The translations under genes were made by a program, and so were the position numbers. The notes beneath the pieces were generated by a model, which was not told where the DNA came from, made no database searches, and saw nothing but the letters and a program-made list of their open reading frames with translations. A stretch of DNA of 64,000 bases from Blastocystis sp. Blastoise (taxonomy: Eukaryota; Protista; Bigyra: Opalinata), in contig JBBPEB010000029.1 of NCBI GenBank assembly GCA_039096225.1, positions 310,001 through 374,000 on the forward strand, in the 5' to 3' direction. Within the stretch, counting starts at the first letter, position 1, and every line of letters begins with the position of its first letter. Of the stretch, positions 11,608-28,428 are shown in pieces.

Positions 11608-13343
11608 GAAATTATATTTATATACTTTTAATACGTTTATATTACTACATTCAATTCTATTCTTGTTTTTTTAATATTTATTAATATTTTGATTAGTTAT
11701 ATATAAGAAGAATATTGTTTATTTTTTTAAAAGAGAATACTAGTTAATAAAATATAATTTACTCACTTTTAATATAATTATCATGACAATATAACTGTTA
11801 TTTCTATACATAACTTTCTAATAAAGAAAATATATAATTATATATTGTCAAAAATAAATATTTTGTAATAATGTTTGTGATAACTACCATATAATAATTT
11901 ATCTAATAACGACAAGGAGTTTATTTTTTCTCATTTTTATATTAGCATACAACTCTTTATAAATTTTAAAATAAATATAGTTTTTATTAATATATGTATT
12001 TTATAAAGAAGACTATTATCAATTGTTTAAAACATTTTATATAGTTTTGTTTCTCTTAATAGTTAACTAAAAAAGATTATATAAAAAATATGTTAAAATT
12101 AAACCCTGACAATATAAATTTAATGAGTCCAACCAGTATTCTTCTATAAGAACTATCAAATATATTTATTAATGCATTTTAATATAATTTATTTAAAAAG
12201 AAAAACAAACAAATTATTTGATTTCTTTTAATAATAATTTGAATTTTTTAATAATAATTTGATTTTTCAATACGACACTAGATGATTTAAAAAAAAAATG
12301 AATGAGATTTTACAATTCTTTAATACCATTCTTATATCAAAAAATATTGAGGAATCTTCATAATCAATACAAGAAACTATATTAAAATTTATTTATTCAT
12401 TCGTATAAGATATACATTTAATACTAGCTTTTAAATAACTGAAAATTATATATATATATCAAATAATAATAATCATGTTTATATAAAATATTATATATAT
12501 ATCAAATAATAATAATTCAGGTTTACATAAAATATTATATACATATATATTCAAACTGATTTTCAATAAAAAATGAAAGAAAAATAATCTTTTATCCCAT
12601 AACAACGTATTCTATACTTTTTTAATAATTAATGATATTATTTTTTAGTGAAAAATATATATATTAAAAATGAATACTTTATTTTGTTTATTAATATATG
12701 AAATATGAATAAGAATCAATGATTTTTTACATACAGTTATATGAATAGCATTAATCTACAAAAATATATTGTTTTTCAAGTAAATAAAAATATTTTAAGC
12801 ACCTTCTTTTAAAATATACTATATATGGCATTAAATAAGTCTTTCTTTAATATACTATAATATCTAATAAATTGATATTGTTTATTTGAATATATTGTTA
12901 AAATGTTTGAATATTATGAATAAAAAGAAGATAACATAATGCAGTCTCAACAATCTCCCTATTTATATATTAAAAATGGCTTATATGATTTGTTATAAAT
13001 ACATAAATGACAATAATAATTTAGATAATTCAATTTAATTTAAATATAATAAATAACAAGACATTAATTAGTTTATAGATATTATGAATATAATACTTAA
13101 TGATATAAAAGATATATTGATTATTAATGGCAATGCTTTTTATTCTAAGAATATAGAATTGACATGATAAAAACACTTTTACAATTTAAAAGAACCAAAA
13201 TTGAAATGACACTAAAAATCAAACGTTATCATATATATTGAATATCAAAAAAATCAAATAAGAATCTTACTGATAAAAAAAAATAGCAAATTGATATATA
13301 ACATGTTTTTTTAAATATGTATATATATATGTCATATATATAA

Positions 13344-16300
13344 CTATAACATATACATCTTGTTTATATATTTATTTCGTTGACTAATATCATTATTATT
13401 TAAAAGTGACGTAATTTCTTGAATAGCTAATTCTCTTATTTCTTTTTCAGTCTTTATTTCTATGTCCATTTCTTCTAATAATAACGAATGAGTTAAATCA
13501 AAACTATAGAAAACATAATACATATTATATCAAAAATATAAATATATATTATTTTAAAATAGAATATATATTTTTAAAAACTTACATATTACCTAAGACT
13601 ACATACCAATCTTCTCTTCCAAAATAATATAGAATTCCAGTATATAATTGAATGAAAATACTACAATGACAAAAGTTTATATTATCCATTAAGTATTGCT
13701 TCATACAATCCTTTTTATAATGCGTTGAAAAGCATACCTATATTAATAGTAATAATATGAAGGATAATATTCATGATTTTAATAATGTTAATGTAGAATA
13801 TCTGTAATATAGCAATATTAACAATAAGAATAAACAAAAAGATAATCATAAAAATATATATATATAGAGATAACTATATATATATACAGTTTGTCCACAA
13901 TTCACACATATACATATAGATTCAAAATCTTTATTATTACATTGATTACATATATAATTAAATGATAATTTTTTAGTATCTGTTTCTGTTAAATTAAACT
14001 ATAATATTAATTAATATTTAACAAACATATTATTTATATATATACTAATGTTTGAAGAAGTGGATATTCACATTGTTTAAGATATGGATCGAAACTTAGT
14101 ATAAAGAAATAATTAGGAATCTCATATAACCTATTCATATATTCAATATATAAGTTATATATAAATATATATATATAAACATACTCTAATACTTTAAGAT
14201 TAATAATATTTAATACTTCTTCAATAGTATATTCACAAGGTTTTTTTTCAAGTAAAGAGGAAAGAGAAGGAGAAGAAGATAGAGATAGTGATGTATATAA
14301 AGAAGAGAAGGAGGTAGGAACAGAAATATCAGAAGAAGGAATAAATGAAGGAGACAGAATAATGTTTAATAGATATAGAGATCTCATGAATGGAATTAAT
14401 AATTGTTGAACTGTATATTCAATCTATATATATATACATATATTATATATTCATATATAGATTATAATAATATAATAATAAAAAGCATACTCCTTGTTCT
14501 AATAACATATGAGTGATTTCTTCTTCAAAAGGTATTTCTTCATATACATATACATCACGTGTCTCCCATTTCCTTGCATAATTAAAAAAACAGAATATAT
14601 CTTCATCATCTATATATAAATAATTATTAATATGATATATATATATATATAATTATAAATCATTATCGAATATTGTTAATAAATATATGAAATAAAATAT
14701 TATTATTTAAATACTATCAATAAATATAAAGAAAAAATTATTATTCATATAATAATAATAATATTATATATATACTACCCCTACAATATCTTTCATTTTC
14801 TATTATTTGTTGAAATAATGAATTTACTATAAATCATTTAAGAATAATAGTAATTAATAATATATATACAGCATTTCCTATATCGAATCAATATCATTAA
14901 TTGAAGTAATATAATTAGTTTATTATTTACATATATAAGTGGATATAATTCTTTGAAATGTTTATACAATAAAACTGTCATTTCTATATAAATGTATATA
15001 TAATGAAAAGTGTGATAATAATATTTTGAAACATATATCATAATAATTATAAAAATAGCATACAATAAACATAATACTCTAAATAACATATATAAACATA
15101 AAAAATATAATATATACCTTCATTATTGCCAAGAGGAAATTGGCAAAATAAATAATCAATAAATTCTTTAGCTATATTTCTTGGTTTAATAATAATAGAA
15201 TTATGAGCTAATATATTAATAGTTATATCACTTTTAACTGGATCTTTAGATTTTAAAAAGTCTTTCATATAATTTTCTATATATATATTATATGTTTTTA
15301 CTCTTTTTAATGTTTCTATAGTTCCAGATATAGTATCAATATTCATATGTGTACTTTGAAGTAAAGAGAAATAAGTATCACTATGAATATAACTAGGAAA
15401 ACATTCTGTACGACGAGTAATAGAACCAATAAATGTATATAAATACTCTACAAATACTATATATATAATATATATAAAAATATAATAGAGACATATTTTT
15501 AATAAAGTATGGAGAATTGTGTTTACAGACAGAGAAACATTAAACCTTCATAATTAATATAGTATTTATAATAAATATAATATTTATAAAACTAAAAAAG
15601 ATTTATCATATATATACAAATAAAAATTTTAATTTAAAAACTAAAACAATAATATGAACAATATGATTACCAATTCTATATATATATATATATATTATAT
15701 ATATACATGAATCAATAGAGCATGTCTTGAATATTTGTTGAATAGACACTTCTTTAGTGAATAATTTGAATATAAGATTGAAACATGTTATATTGTCTAT
15801 TTCGACTTCATATAATTCAAAGAATAATTGTATATATTCAATAATACTTCTAGAAGATATATGTATAGATGAATAATATAAAGGATTTTTATAATGAGAA
15901 ATATCACTAGACATTTGATTTTTTGAGTAATTTAAATATAATCTTACATAATCTTCATTTTGGCTTTGTTGAATAAATGGATATAGTTGATTCTTATATT
16001 GTTCTATATATTCTTTTGAAAATACTTTAGGAATTCGTTGTAATAATAATGTTTTTAAATCATTATAAAAATGATTATATGTAGGATTGTCTTTCGAGAA
16101 AAAGAATAATTGATTTGAAAGATAATTAGATTGTTTTGTTGAATTTGTATTCATACTCTTTGAATTTATAGGATCATGTTTATTAATTTCTTTATTCCAA
16201 ATAATTGGATAATCAGGATTATAATGATATTCTGGTTCATTAAGAATAGTAAACTTACATAATTCAATACTGACAAGTATAATTAAATAAAAATAAATAA

Positions 16301-19300
16301 AATGATAATAATTATCACTTGTAATATCTATAAATGAGGAAGAAAGAATAGAATGAATAGAAGAATTAATAATTGGATTCAAAATAGAATAAGAAGGAAT
16401 ATTCATAATATCTATAATATTCTTATAAGTACATATAGATGTAGGTATATTATTTACACTTGATATATTATGATTATTATTTCTATATATATTACTTGTT
16501 AAAGGACTATTTTCATGATATATTAATAATGAAATAATAGATTCTTTAGAGAAAATAGACATATAATTTTGAGTCATTTGAGTTAATAATGGTTTAAATA
16601 ATAATAAGTCTTCCATAATATAGCAATATTTAATAATTTCATGGTATTCTAATGGTTTTGAATATAAAGAGGATAATCGCTTATATTCACGGGGAATGGT
16701 ATAAGGAAGAGAAGAAACAGATAGATGAGGAGGAAGATAATGAAATATAGTTGCTAAAGTCATATATATATAACGAATATTGCTTTGTTTATAATTACAT
16801 ACAATATCTTCATAATATATATATAATTCTTCCATTAAATGTATTATAACTGGAAGATATACATATCTATAATTATCTCTCATTCTGAATATATTTTCAA
16901 CTTGTTTCAGTTTAAGATCTATATCAATACTAATAATAGAATGTGTAGATTTATATATATTTATTGTTGATACTGGTATTTCTAAAGAAGGTGAATATAT
17001 AGAATCATAATCATTATATGGAATACGTATGATATTCTGAATTGCAGGTTCTAGTATTTTATTCCTACAATGAAGTATATTAATATACCTAAATCTATAT
17101 CTTTCAAATATATATCCATATTCACGATTATTCTGAATAGATGGCTTATAATCTTTATAGAATAATGGAAATAAAGTATTTATAGAAGAAGGAATAGAAT
17201 GTGAATATATATCTTTACTATTCTTCATAGCTTGGATATATTGTTGATATTCTTCTTTATAATAATCATCTATAGGTATATTTATATATTGAAATGCAAC
17301 TTCATTTTCATCAACATATAATAATTCTCGATCTCTTTGAATATTCTCTTTCTCTTTCTCTCTATTATATAATGTTTTATCATTCCATAAATAATAATAA
17401 TCTAATAGATTTCCAATTAATCTTAAATGTATATTATATTTAAGTTCAATAAATAAATTCGAGTTATTAATAGTAAATTGATCCATTGGTATATCTTGAT
17501 TAATTGTTCCTATATCACATAAGCCAAAAGGGGTTGTATATGTATTTGTTATATATATATAGAAATGTAAAAATGACGTTTGATGAATACAATGTGAAGG
17601 TAAATAACTACTCTTTATAATATATATAAATAGTATATTTATTATAGTTATAATAGAATAATATAGAAGAGGATAATATAAATATAAATATTATTTTGAA
17701 TATGTATTATTAAATAGATTATATTTTATATATATACATGGAATAGAATTCTGAAAAGAATCATCATAAAGTTACGTGTATATAACAACTGACATTGTTG
17801 ATTATTTGTTAGTAAAGAAACTATATAGTTAAACATATATATAATATATATATATATATACATCTTGTTAAATATTCAAATGAGCAAACAGATTCAGAAA
17901 ATAAATCATATATCATAGAATTCTATATATATATATTATAATATAAAACTAAATACTATATATAACTTTATATATATATACAAAATATTTATAATCAGGA
18001 GTATTCATGTTATTCTGTAAAAAGCAAGATATCATTGCATAATATTTTATATCAATATCCTTTGGGTTACTCTATATATATATATATAAATAGAATAAAG
18101 TATTATTTATATGTATATAATTATAACTTAAATGATAATTACAATAATATATATATATTATTATACAGAGCAAGTTAAACCATAAAATGTTCGATGACTA
18201 TTTTTTATGTTCTATATATATATATCTAATAATAATAATATACTAATAAATCCATTAAACATAAAAGTGATATATATAAATAGAGGAATAGATATATAAC
18301 AAGCATAAAAAAATACTGAATATGAAATAATAATAATAATAATATATATATATATACTTCATATAGAGGCTTATATCTATTATATATTTGATCTTCGTTC
18401 TCTTCATTATCTGAATGAAAAAACACTATAAATATATATATATTATATACTATATATTATATAATATATATTTACTATTTGAATTAAACAATGGAATCAT
18501 AAAATTAGAGAGAGATTTACATTTTGGACATGAAATTGCATGATTCTATATATATAGTTATATATATTGTTATAAATAGTTATATATTGTTATAAATAGT
18601 TATATATAGTTATATATATTGTTATAAATAGTTATATATAGTTATAAATAATTATATATAGTTATAAATAATTATATAGTGTTATAAATAATTATATAGT
18701 GTTATAAATAATTATATAGTGTTATAAATAGTTATAAATAGATTTATAGTTATAAATAGTTATATATACTAACGAGCACCCAGGTTCAATATATAGTTTT
18801 AAAAGACATTCAAAATGAATGGCATGATTACAACTCTATATAAATAGATATATATATAGAATCAAATATATAGAATACTATATATATACATGTATAATAT
18901 AATCAAAGAAACCTCCGCCAATTACAGAATCATGATAACAACGAAATATATAATTATATATAGAATAAAACGACTTATATTTAGAATTAGTAGTATCAAC
19001 TATAGAAATATTATTAATATATTTATATTATATTTATATATAGAGTTATATATTTATACGTATTTGATGAATATATTTTTGAATTATATTTTGAAAAGCA
19101 TTCAAGTCTATTATATAGTTTATATATATATATATTTTTTTTTAATATATATATATACCTTGCTGATTCTGTATATTAATATAAGCAGGTAAAACAAAGA
19201 ATCCATTCTTTTTATTGCAAACAGAGCATGTAATTGTATCTATATATATTATTATATAGTTATATTATTATATACCATTTTCAATAATATCTTTTGATTT

Positions 19301-19321
19301 CTCATTTAAAACTAATACTTG

Positions 19322-19359
<38 letters not shown>

Positions 19360-19651
19360 GTATAATAATACTTGCTGTATAAATGTCTTATATTCATCAT
19401 ATAATCTATATATATATAAATATTATTTATTCATATATAATAAATTTCATACGTTGAATATAATTTATGAGATTGAAGTAGAAGTTGAATTAGTGCTGAA
19501 TAATTCTTAATATTAATAGTAATCCCGTTAGTAGTTAATTTCAATAATAACTATTATAAAAAAAATATTAAACTACATATATATATAAATATACATTATT
19601 TATTTGACTGTTTTTCCATAATTCTAGTGGATCAATTGTTGTATCTATTTG

Positions 19652-19687
<36 letters not shown>

Positions 19688-22600
19688 TTCGAATATAAAT
19701 ATAAATAACATGTAGTAGTTCAATGATTATGATTTTTTCATTGATATTATTCGTGTTTATATAGTTAATTGAACATTGAAGAAAAGATAAAAACAAGTTA
19801 GAATTTGCAAATAACCTAGAGAATATATATGTATAATAAAAGTGTATTATAAAAAATAATTTTATATACTTTGAAATAATAGATACTGATGGAATATAAA
19901 TAGAATCAGGATTATTGTTTAGAAAGTTCTATATATATATATTTATATATATATATATATACTTACATCATAATAAAATTCATGATTACAAAAAAGTAAT
20001 TGAAATATATATATATTATATATATGCTGATTCTCAGTTAATGTAATCTCTTCAATTATGTTATTTCTATTAATAAGTATAAATACATATATATAAGATA
20101 TTATATATATAAATATATAATATACAATTTTGTAATAATATCACATGCTGAATGGATAGATTTTTCAGTTGAAATATAATGATAATACTAATAAAAAAGA
20201 TTATTATAATTTTATTATTTTAAGTTAAAAACAGAGAAATAATACAAAATAATACAAAATAATACTAAATAACAAATAAATAACAAATAATAAATACAGT
20301 CGATAGAATAGGTGTGTCACGTGTTATTAGTGGTAAGTTGAGATCCGTTAATATGATTGGAGAATTCGGAGAATCACCATATAAAAACGGTAACGACAGT
20401 TTATTTTTTTGAATGAACTATAATATTATACAAAAAATATTTATTATTATTAGAAAATCAATAAAACAATTATTAGTTATTAATAACAAATATATGAATA
20501 TTAATAAAAGTAGTAAGAATAATAAAATGATCATAAATAATCAATGTATATACATAAATATACATAGGAATCAAGAGTGTATGAAGAATCAGAGCAAATA
20601 CATATCAATAGCCGCATAAGAAAAGATGGAGTTACATAAGGGCATATAGATTCATCATATATATTAATATTTATCAAGGAAAACATATTCATAGATTGAT
20701 TAATATCATTATATAATGTATTTAATATTATATTTTCTTGTTTATTTTCTAAATAATTGTATCCTTTATATATATACCAAAAGAATAACAATAGAGGATC
20801 TGAAAGATTGAATAACATGGGAACAATCTTTATATATATAAATGAGTTACAATTATTTATATATATATATATATATACTTGAAGTATAATTCCATAGTAT
20901 TCAATAATACTTAAATAATGTAATAAAAGTCTATTATTAAAAACAGAAAGAAGTATATCAGAAATAAAATAATTGGGTGAACTCATAAAGTGATATAAAT
21001 ATATAAATTGATTTAATGAAATATGATATATAAATAATAGCGTTTGCTGAATATCAAGAGATAATAAGTAATTCCCGTAAATAGAATAGATATCCGAACT
21101 ATATATATATATATATAATCATAATACAACTTAATCACAAAATAATAATATATAAGCATAAATATATATAAATATACATAAATAAGCATGAATATACATA
21201 AATAAGCATAAATGAATATACATAAATATACATAAATATACATAAATATAAAAATATAAATAATTAAATATATATATAAATAATAAATAAATAAATATAA
21301 TATAAATAAACATACAGAATCATTGAAATAACAATAATATATATATTTATATTTAAATATTCTTTGTATTCATTCATGGAATAGCATCTTCTTAAATCAT
21401 TATCTATTATATTATTATAACAGGATATTATATCGTTTAGAAATAATAAACATTCTTCTTTTGTTGATAACTATATATACATACATATATATATATATAA
21501 TAATGAAACACAATAATAATTGAAAATAATTATTGTATATATATACATGAATAAAAGAATGTATTTCTGTATAAATATGACATAACAGCAACTTTATATT
21601 TTCATATAAAGAAGTAGAATAGATATTATTATAACTAGTATTCATATATAATTGTATATCCTCTGTGATGGCATCACATGAAATAAATGACTATAGAATC
21701 ATATACTTTCATATAAAAATGAATGCTTATAATATACATAAAGATAAATATTTAAAACATTAAAAAATGATAGAAACTAAATACTTGCAGTGATAACAAC
21801 ATTTTGGCTATAAAACTATATATAGTATTATTTTCTTTATGAATATATATATATGAATCTTTATCATGATGTTGATCGATTGTATCAATAGTTGTTAATA
21901 AATAACTAATAAAAAATATTTTTTGTTTCTTTTCTAACACTATATAGTAATGCTTATATAGTAATTAATAAATATGTTGAAGCTGTAATAAAATGAATAA
22001 TAATTTTTGAAAAGAAATAAAAATAATCATTATTATCATTATAAGTAATTTAGTTATTAAAAAGAAATATTTATATATATAATTATAATATAATTAAATA
22101 ACAAAAAAAAGCATACATTCATTACTTATTGTAACAAGAATAATGGTAGAAATCACATATAGAATCATTTTTTTAAATAAGCATAAATTATTATTTATAA
22201 TTTGATCTGTTATGAATGTACATATTTCTGGAAGAGAGGGTATATTTATAATTGAATATAAGGATATATTCATTATTTTATTAAACTCAGAAATAGATGA
22301 TATATTGTTATAGAGAGAGAACAAGAGTTTGTGACTGATTCTGAAAGAATTAAATAAAATAGCGTTTTCTATAAACATATAAATAGTAACATGGTAAAGA
22401 GTCTTTAATATTTATATTTATCAATACTTATAAAATATTTATTATTGTTATATTTAATATTATTATTATATTTATCATTATTATAAATATAATAATAATA
22501 ATAATTCAAAAATAATAATAATTATTATTATATATATATTATATACCATCATAATGTAAGTAGCAAATAGATGAATACCAGAGAATAGACGGATAGAGAT

Positions 22601-23681
22601 TAATATATATATTCAAAAAAGTTGAATTCTTGAAAAGAAGTAAAAGAAAAGATTGATAGATTTCCTATATATATATATTAATATATAATAAATAAATTCA
22701 TTTTATAAACATGTGAATAATGAAAACTGTTGAGTTAATAATATACTTGATAGTTTTGATCTTCACATATAGAACACATAATAAATAATATACATATATA
22801 AGGTGCTTGATCTTTTATAGTAATAAGAGTCAAGAATGAACGATCTATGTCTACTATTTTACTATTAAATAATGATTTTTGTTTCTTTATAGAGGAAGAG
22901 AAGAATGTACATATATATGTATATATAGATAGATCGGATTCACATAATAAAATTAATGAATTCATTATTGATATTGCCTTCTATAATATATATATATATA
23001 TAGTTATTATAACCATACCCTAAAACGATATTTATCAGTTGATATTTTTGTATAATAAAAAAGAGCATATATACAAAAATGGCAATACGTTTCATACCAT
23101 TGTAATACTCTATTATATAATGAAAATAAACACTAGCATAGAATAATATATCCATATATACTTAGATTCATGTAATAATGAAGAATATGTGTGATTATAT
23201 ATTGATTTATGAGTATCACAAAAACCATCATAATAAATAGATGGCGTACCACAGTCACAGGTTGCTTCATCAGATGATAATACACATTTACGATAGTTAT
23301 GTCCCTAAATAATAATATATTCCTTTTTTTTATCTCAATATACGACATGATTATTTTCATTCCAACATTTTTCACATATTACTGAACCTGGAAGATAACT
23401 ACATGTTGCACATGTATAATATACATCATTTTGATGAAGAATGTAATCACACATTTTAGTTGGACTTATGTTTTTTTCAAAATGAAGTCCAGATGTTTCC
23501 AGATTATAGTATTTCTTTGCTGACTGATTTATAAACTATTTATATTATGTGTATTACTAACAATAAAGAGTGAAATTACTATTTCAAGATAAAATTGTTT
23601 TGATTCAGAAACAGAAAGAAACTCTATAACCATCAATTCATAGTCCGTATTCTCTAGCCAATGCATAGGATATTGTTCCAT
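13344..23681 (-). CDS. UBR-box/RING E3 ubiquitin ligase (N-recognin, UBR1/2/3-PRT6-like), many exons; internal boundaries approximate
   Basis: UBR-box zinc finger CDYILHQNDVLYTCATCSYLPGSVICEKCWNENNH..GHNY...TCDCG (~23245-23455). RING-like CFTC...SCNHAIHFECL...ISCPKCKSLSNFMIP (~18495-19200). C-terminal CICVNCGQ (~13890-13915). ATG at 23681, TAG at 13344. Confidence 0.8.
18550..18770. repeat. Intronic ~20-bp minisatellite (GTTATAAATAATTATATAGT variants)
   Basis: Direct inspection. Confidence 0.85.
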
Positions 23682-25628
23682 GATTTCAATCGAAAATAAT
23701 CAAAAACAAAAATATCTTTTGAAAGAAGTTGTAGTTTTTTTATTTATATTTATATATTCAAAAATGTCTTTTAATTATTTGTTTTTTTTTTAAAGTCAAA
23801 AAATATATATTTTCATATCTTTATATTGTTAAATGATATAATAAAAGCTGATTTCTCTGGTAAAATAAGTTAAAATATCAAATGATTATAAAATAATCAT
23901 ATAGTATATCAATACGAGAGAACAAAACAGTATATATGTTTTAAATAAATATATTGTTCTAATATAAATTGGTAAAAATATAGTTTTATTGAAATAGAAC
24001 AATCCAACGAGTATAAAAAACGATCATTGAAATAATGAAAATATAGATATATATATTTAGAAAAAAAAAGACTTAGTATATATAAATAATACCTAAAGAG
24101 ATATAAACTGTAAAAACACAAGACAGTATTCTTTGGTAGAAAATAATATTCATAAATAACAGCAAAGAATGTAGATACAAATATATATATATATATATAT
24201 ATATAGATATATAGATATCAGTGATCGATATTATAAGAAACTCAAATAAGAACAATACAATAATTTATAAAATAAAACAAATTATATATAGTACAAGGAC
24301 AAGAAATAGAAATAAATGATATATAATATAGACATATATATAACAAACAAGAAAAATGCTGAAAATGAAATGTTTTAAAACAAGAAAAAGATAAAAAAGA
24401 AAAGTAATGGCTAATTCTATATTATTATGAGTATAAATAAATAGTATTATTAAAGTATATATTATTATATTAAAGAAAAGAGTACAAATAGAAGACGAGA
24501 ATTGAAAATAATAGGATTAAAATGCGAATTTAATTTAAATAGAAGAATTGTTAATAGAAATAATAATTGTAATAGTATATAAATATATTTTATATATAGT
24601 AAAAAAAATATTATTATTATTATATTCATGTATATATATATAAATAAGAAGCATCATAGTGAAACATGAATAATATGTATATATACAGAGAAATAATAAG
24701 ATATAGAGTATAATAAATAAATGAATATATATATATATTAATATATTCATAACAAATATGTAATAGTGAAACAAGCAAGCAAATATATATAGATATATAA
24801 TATATAAATATAATATATATATAAAATCATGTTAACAGTTTTAGAAAAAAAGTAGAATTTCATAGAAAAATAAAATAAATCATGTATGAAAATATACTTG
24901 ATACTAATCATAATAAAAGACTTAAAACATGAAGAAATATATATATATATATATTAAAATAGTAAAAAGTCTTAGAAATTATTATATAGAAAAATATTTA
25001 AAAACGTTGAAAACTGAAATAAATAGACAAAAACAATAAAAATATGTCTGATAATTTAATATGATACAAGAATATATTGACAAACAATAAAGATTAATAT
25101 TTATATAATTATATAAAGAAGGGTACAAGGAAAATATAATAAAAATAGAATACACAATATATATATATAAATAAAAAGATTAAAAAATATCATGTAAATA
25201 ATTATATTTTGAAAAGGGAATAAAAAAAGTTAATATATATATGTTATACATAAAATATAAGTATATATTATATATATACGTTATATATATAAGAATAAAA
25301 ATGAAATACTGTTAAATCATAAAGTGAAACAAAAAAATAAAATAAAAAAAAGGACACAAATAGTGTAAAAAAGAAAACAATAAAAGTATATTTATATAAT
25401 AAATAACCATAGTATTATATAAAGTTTAAATATAAAATACGGTAAAATAAGAGACTAGGGAAATTGAACAAGAATATATATATATAAATAGAATATAAAT
25501 ATAACATGATGAAAATGATAATCTATGAAATAGTATATATGTATATATATGTATAGAATTTAAAGTAATATTAAAAATAAGGATAAAGTAATATATATAT
25601 ATTATATATAATATATATATAAAGAGAC

Positions 25629-27322
25629 TTAAAAGAATGTCGTGGATGGTAAATAAGTAGGAGTATAGGATTGATAGGTCATATTCCCGCGGGTATCGAC
25701 ATTAAATATATCATTAGAAAGAGAAGAATTATCATTAAACATGGTATACATATCAAATGGCGTATCTTGTACGGATACCGTATCTTTCATGGAGTTACTT
25801 TGAGAACTAGGAGTTATTTGTGAAGATATATCCATAGGAACTAATAATGGACTAGAAATACTCATATTATTTATATTATTATTCATATTATTATTATTAT
25901 TCTTTATATTATTATTCATATCATTATTATTATTAGTAGTTGAAGGAGTAGTAGAAGCTGAAGTATCTAGATAAACCGGGTGTGATTGATATAGATCTTG
26001 AATATCATTATTTAAATAATCATGAAGAGAATTCGATAACGTTGAATCAGAATCGAAATTATAACCCGACGACACATCTTCTCTATATATAGAATATAAT
26101 ATAATAATATAATAATATAATATAATATAATATATAATAATATAATATAAATATAATATAAATATAATATAAATATAATATAAATATAATATAAATATAA
26201 TATAAATATAATAATAATATAATAATATAATAATATAATAATATAATATAATATAATCTTATAACTCAATAAATACCTAAAGCAAGGGAATAAGGAGAAC
26301 ATAGTGTTAGCTTCTTCTCTAGAGAAAGAGAGAGAATCTGAAAAATAAGTATCATTTGTAGAAAAAGAAGGTAAAGAAAAAGCAGGTTGATTTTGTTGTA
26401 TATTTATAGAATTCGAATAGAATGTATCCGTACCTGTAAGTGTATCTAAAGTAGAAGATGTATGTCGATCTATATCAGAATTCTTATTTATAGGATAAGC
26501 AGGATTATTCATATTCATATTCATATTATTATTATTATTATTATTATTAGCATTATTACAATAATCATGATTATGTTCTTCATGGGATAAGGAGAGACTA
26601 TTACTGCGCATGATCTCTGAGGAATGAAGAGACATATTATCATCTTGACTATAAGAACAACTATTACTAGTAGATATACTATCCGAATGAACTTTACGAC
26701 CATTCAAATAGGTATGTAATTCATTAGCTACTACACTATTCTATATATTATGATTATTAATATTTTTATTAATAAACTAATTTATAATTAGAGAATTATA
26801 ATAATAATTAAAAATAATTATAACAAAAATATAATTATAAACTCTAATTCATTCAGAAGAAGAGTATATTCTATAAAATACTTGTTTTGCTTTTTGGAAA
26901 AACTTTTGAGCATGAGTTCTTACTTGAATTATAGTTCGAGATCCAATCTAAATAGATAAATATCATAAATAATAATATTTAATTTAATATATTGAATATC
27001 TACAAATAAACTCATATAAATAAATACAAGTGTTGCTATTTTCTTCCATTCTTTACCATATTTAGATAATCCTTCAAGAAAAAGTTCATGTTCTTCTTTC
27101 TTCCAACGACCTAAAAGAGTATTGTAGAATAGTAAAACTAATAAAACAGATAGAATAACAAAAACCTACCCACGTTTTCTTTTCCATAATTAGTTTGAAC
27201 CTTTGGTTTTTTATTCTAGATATATTATTCATAATGGTTTTGTTATTGATATAGTTAAGAAATGAAAATACTTTGTTATCTCGAATAACATAAGCCATCG
27301 AATTACAAAAGTCTGTTGACAT
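25629..27322 (-). CDS. SHAQKYF-class single-repeat MYB transcription factor with low-complexity S/N-rich C-terminus
   Basis: Spliced translation MSTDF...YGKENVG|RWKKEEHELFLEGLSKYGKEWKKIATL|IGSRTIIQVRTHAQKFFQK; downstream exons correspond to ORFs 26012..26707 and 25629..26075. Confidence 0.9.
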
Positions 27323-28428
27323 TGTTGTTATATACACCTACATAAATGAGAAAAAATAGAATTTTATATATTTACACAAAATGGGGTTCTTTAAATACAG
27401 AATATTAGATAATAATATTTCTAACTTATAAAACCTGGAAAAAGTTCCTTATCGTCGATGGAATGCAACTGGCTAAAATATGCTGTCTTTATTTTTTATG
27501 GTACCTAACATGTACAATTTCTTATAAAATATATTATAAAAAAATATTATATAAGGTTACTTTTGGAAATATAGACCACAAAAATTAGGCATGACCACTT
27601 TACTTATAGAACATTCTTATTGGATGTTAAAAGAAAGGCTTGGCGAATATGATTGGTATTTTCCGCCCAATAAACAAATAAGACAGCATCATTGGTAGTC
27701 AAATGTCTCAATAATCACAAAAACCGACAAAAAAGCTTAGTGTTTTTTCATGTACCGAAACGCATTTGACACACGACGTTGTATGGTTTTTATTTAGAAA
27801 GTCTAGTTTAGAAAATAATCACGAATACATGGACATTTCTCTCTACTAAAAAATATTTTTCATTAATATAATTTGTGTATATTTTTTTTTCAAAGAAATG
27901 TATAAATACTTATTTATTCATTTAATAACCTTATTTTCATTCAGTATTGTGTTTGTCTTGATTAATTTGATCTGTAAGCTCTAGATTTATGAATATTTTT
28001 TAGTATAAACTTCATTATGATAAGCATGTAAATTTGTAAAGTAAATATTTGAGTATTTTTATTTAATTTATGAATCATAATTTAATTCATGTAGTCCTTG
28101 ATACTATTTAAATACTATTAATGAGAAAAAAATGAAATAAATTCATTTTGTGGAATATTATAGACTAAATAATAGTTATGGGCCAATATATGAACTTGAT
28201 TTTTTTATGAATGATTATAAAATAAATAAATAAATAAAATAATTAAAAAAAAAACAAAGAAACAACGGAAACTCCAGTTATAGAAGAAAAATAATTATGA
28301 TTCATAGAATGATGAGAAACAAATGACATTAAATCAATGAAATAATTTAGTTTAGAAATATCATATATAAAAATAATAATAATAATTTTTTTCTTTTTTA
28401 ATCAAAAAAAATTTCTTTTAACGTTTAT

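Noticed and set aside
11610-13340. Possible hidden gene or element in the long AT-rich spacer (also 23700-25600)
   Set aside because: No consistent exon chain, termini or structured RNA found; only a small local duplication near 12450-12540
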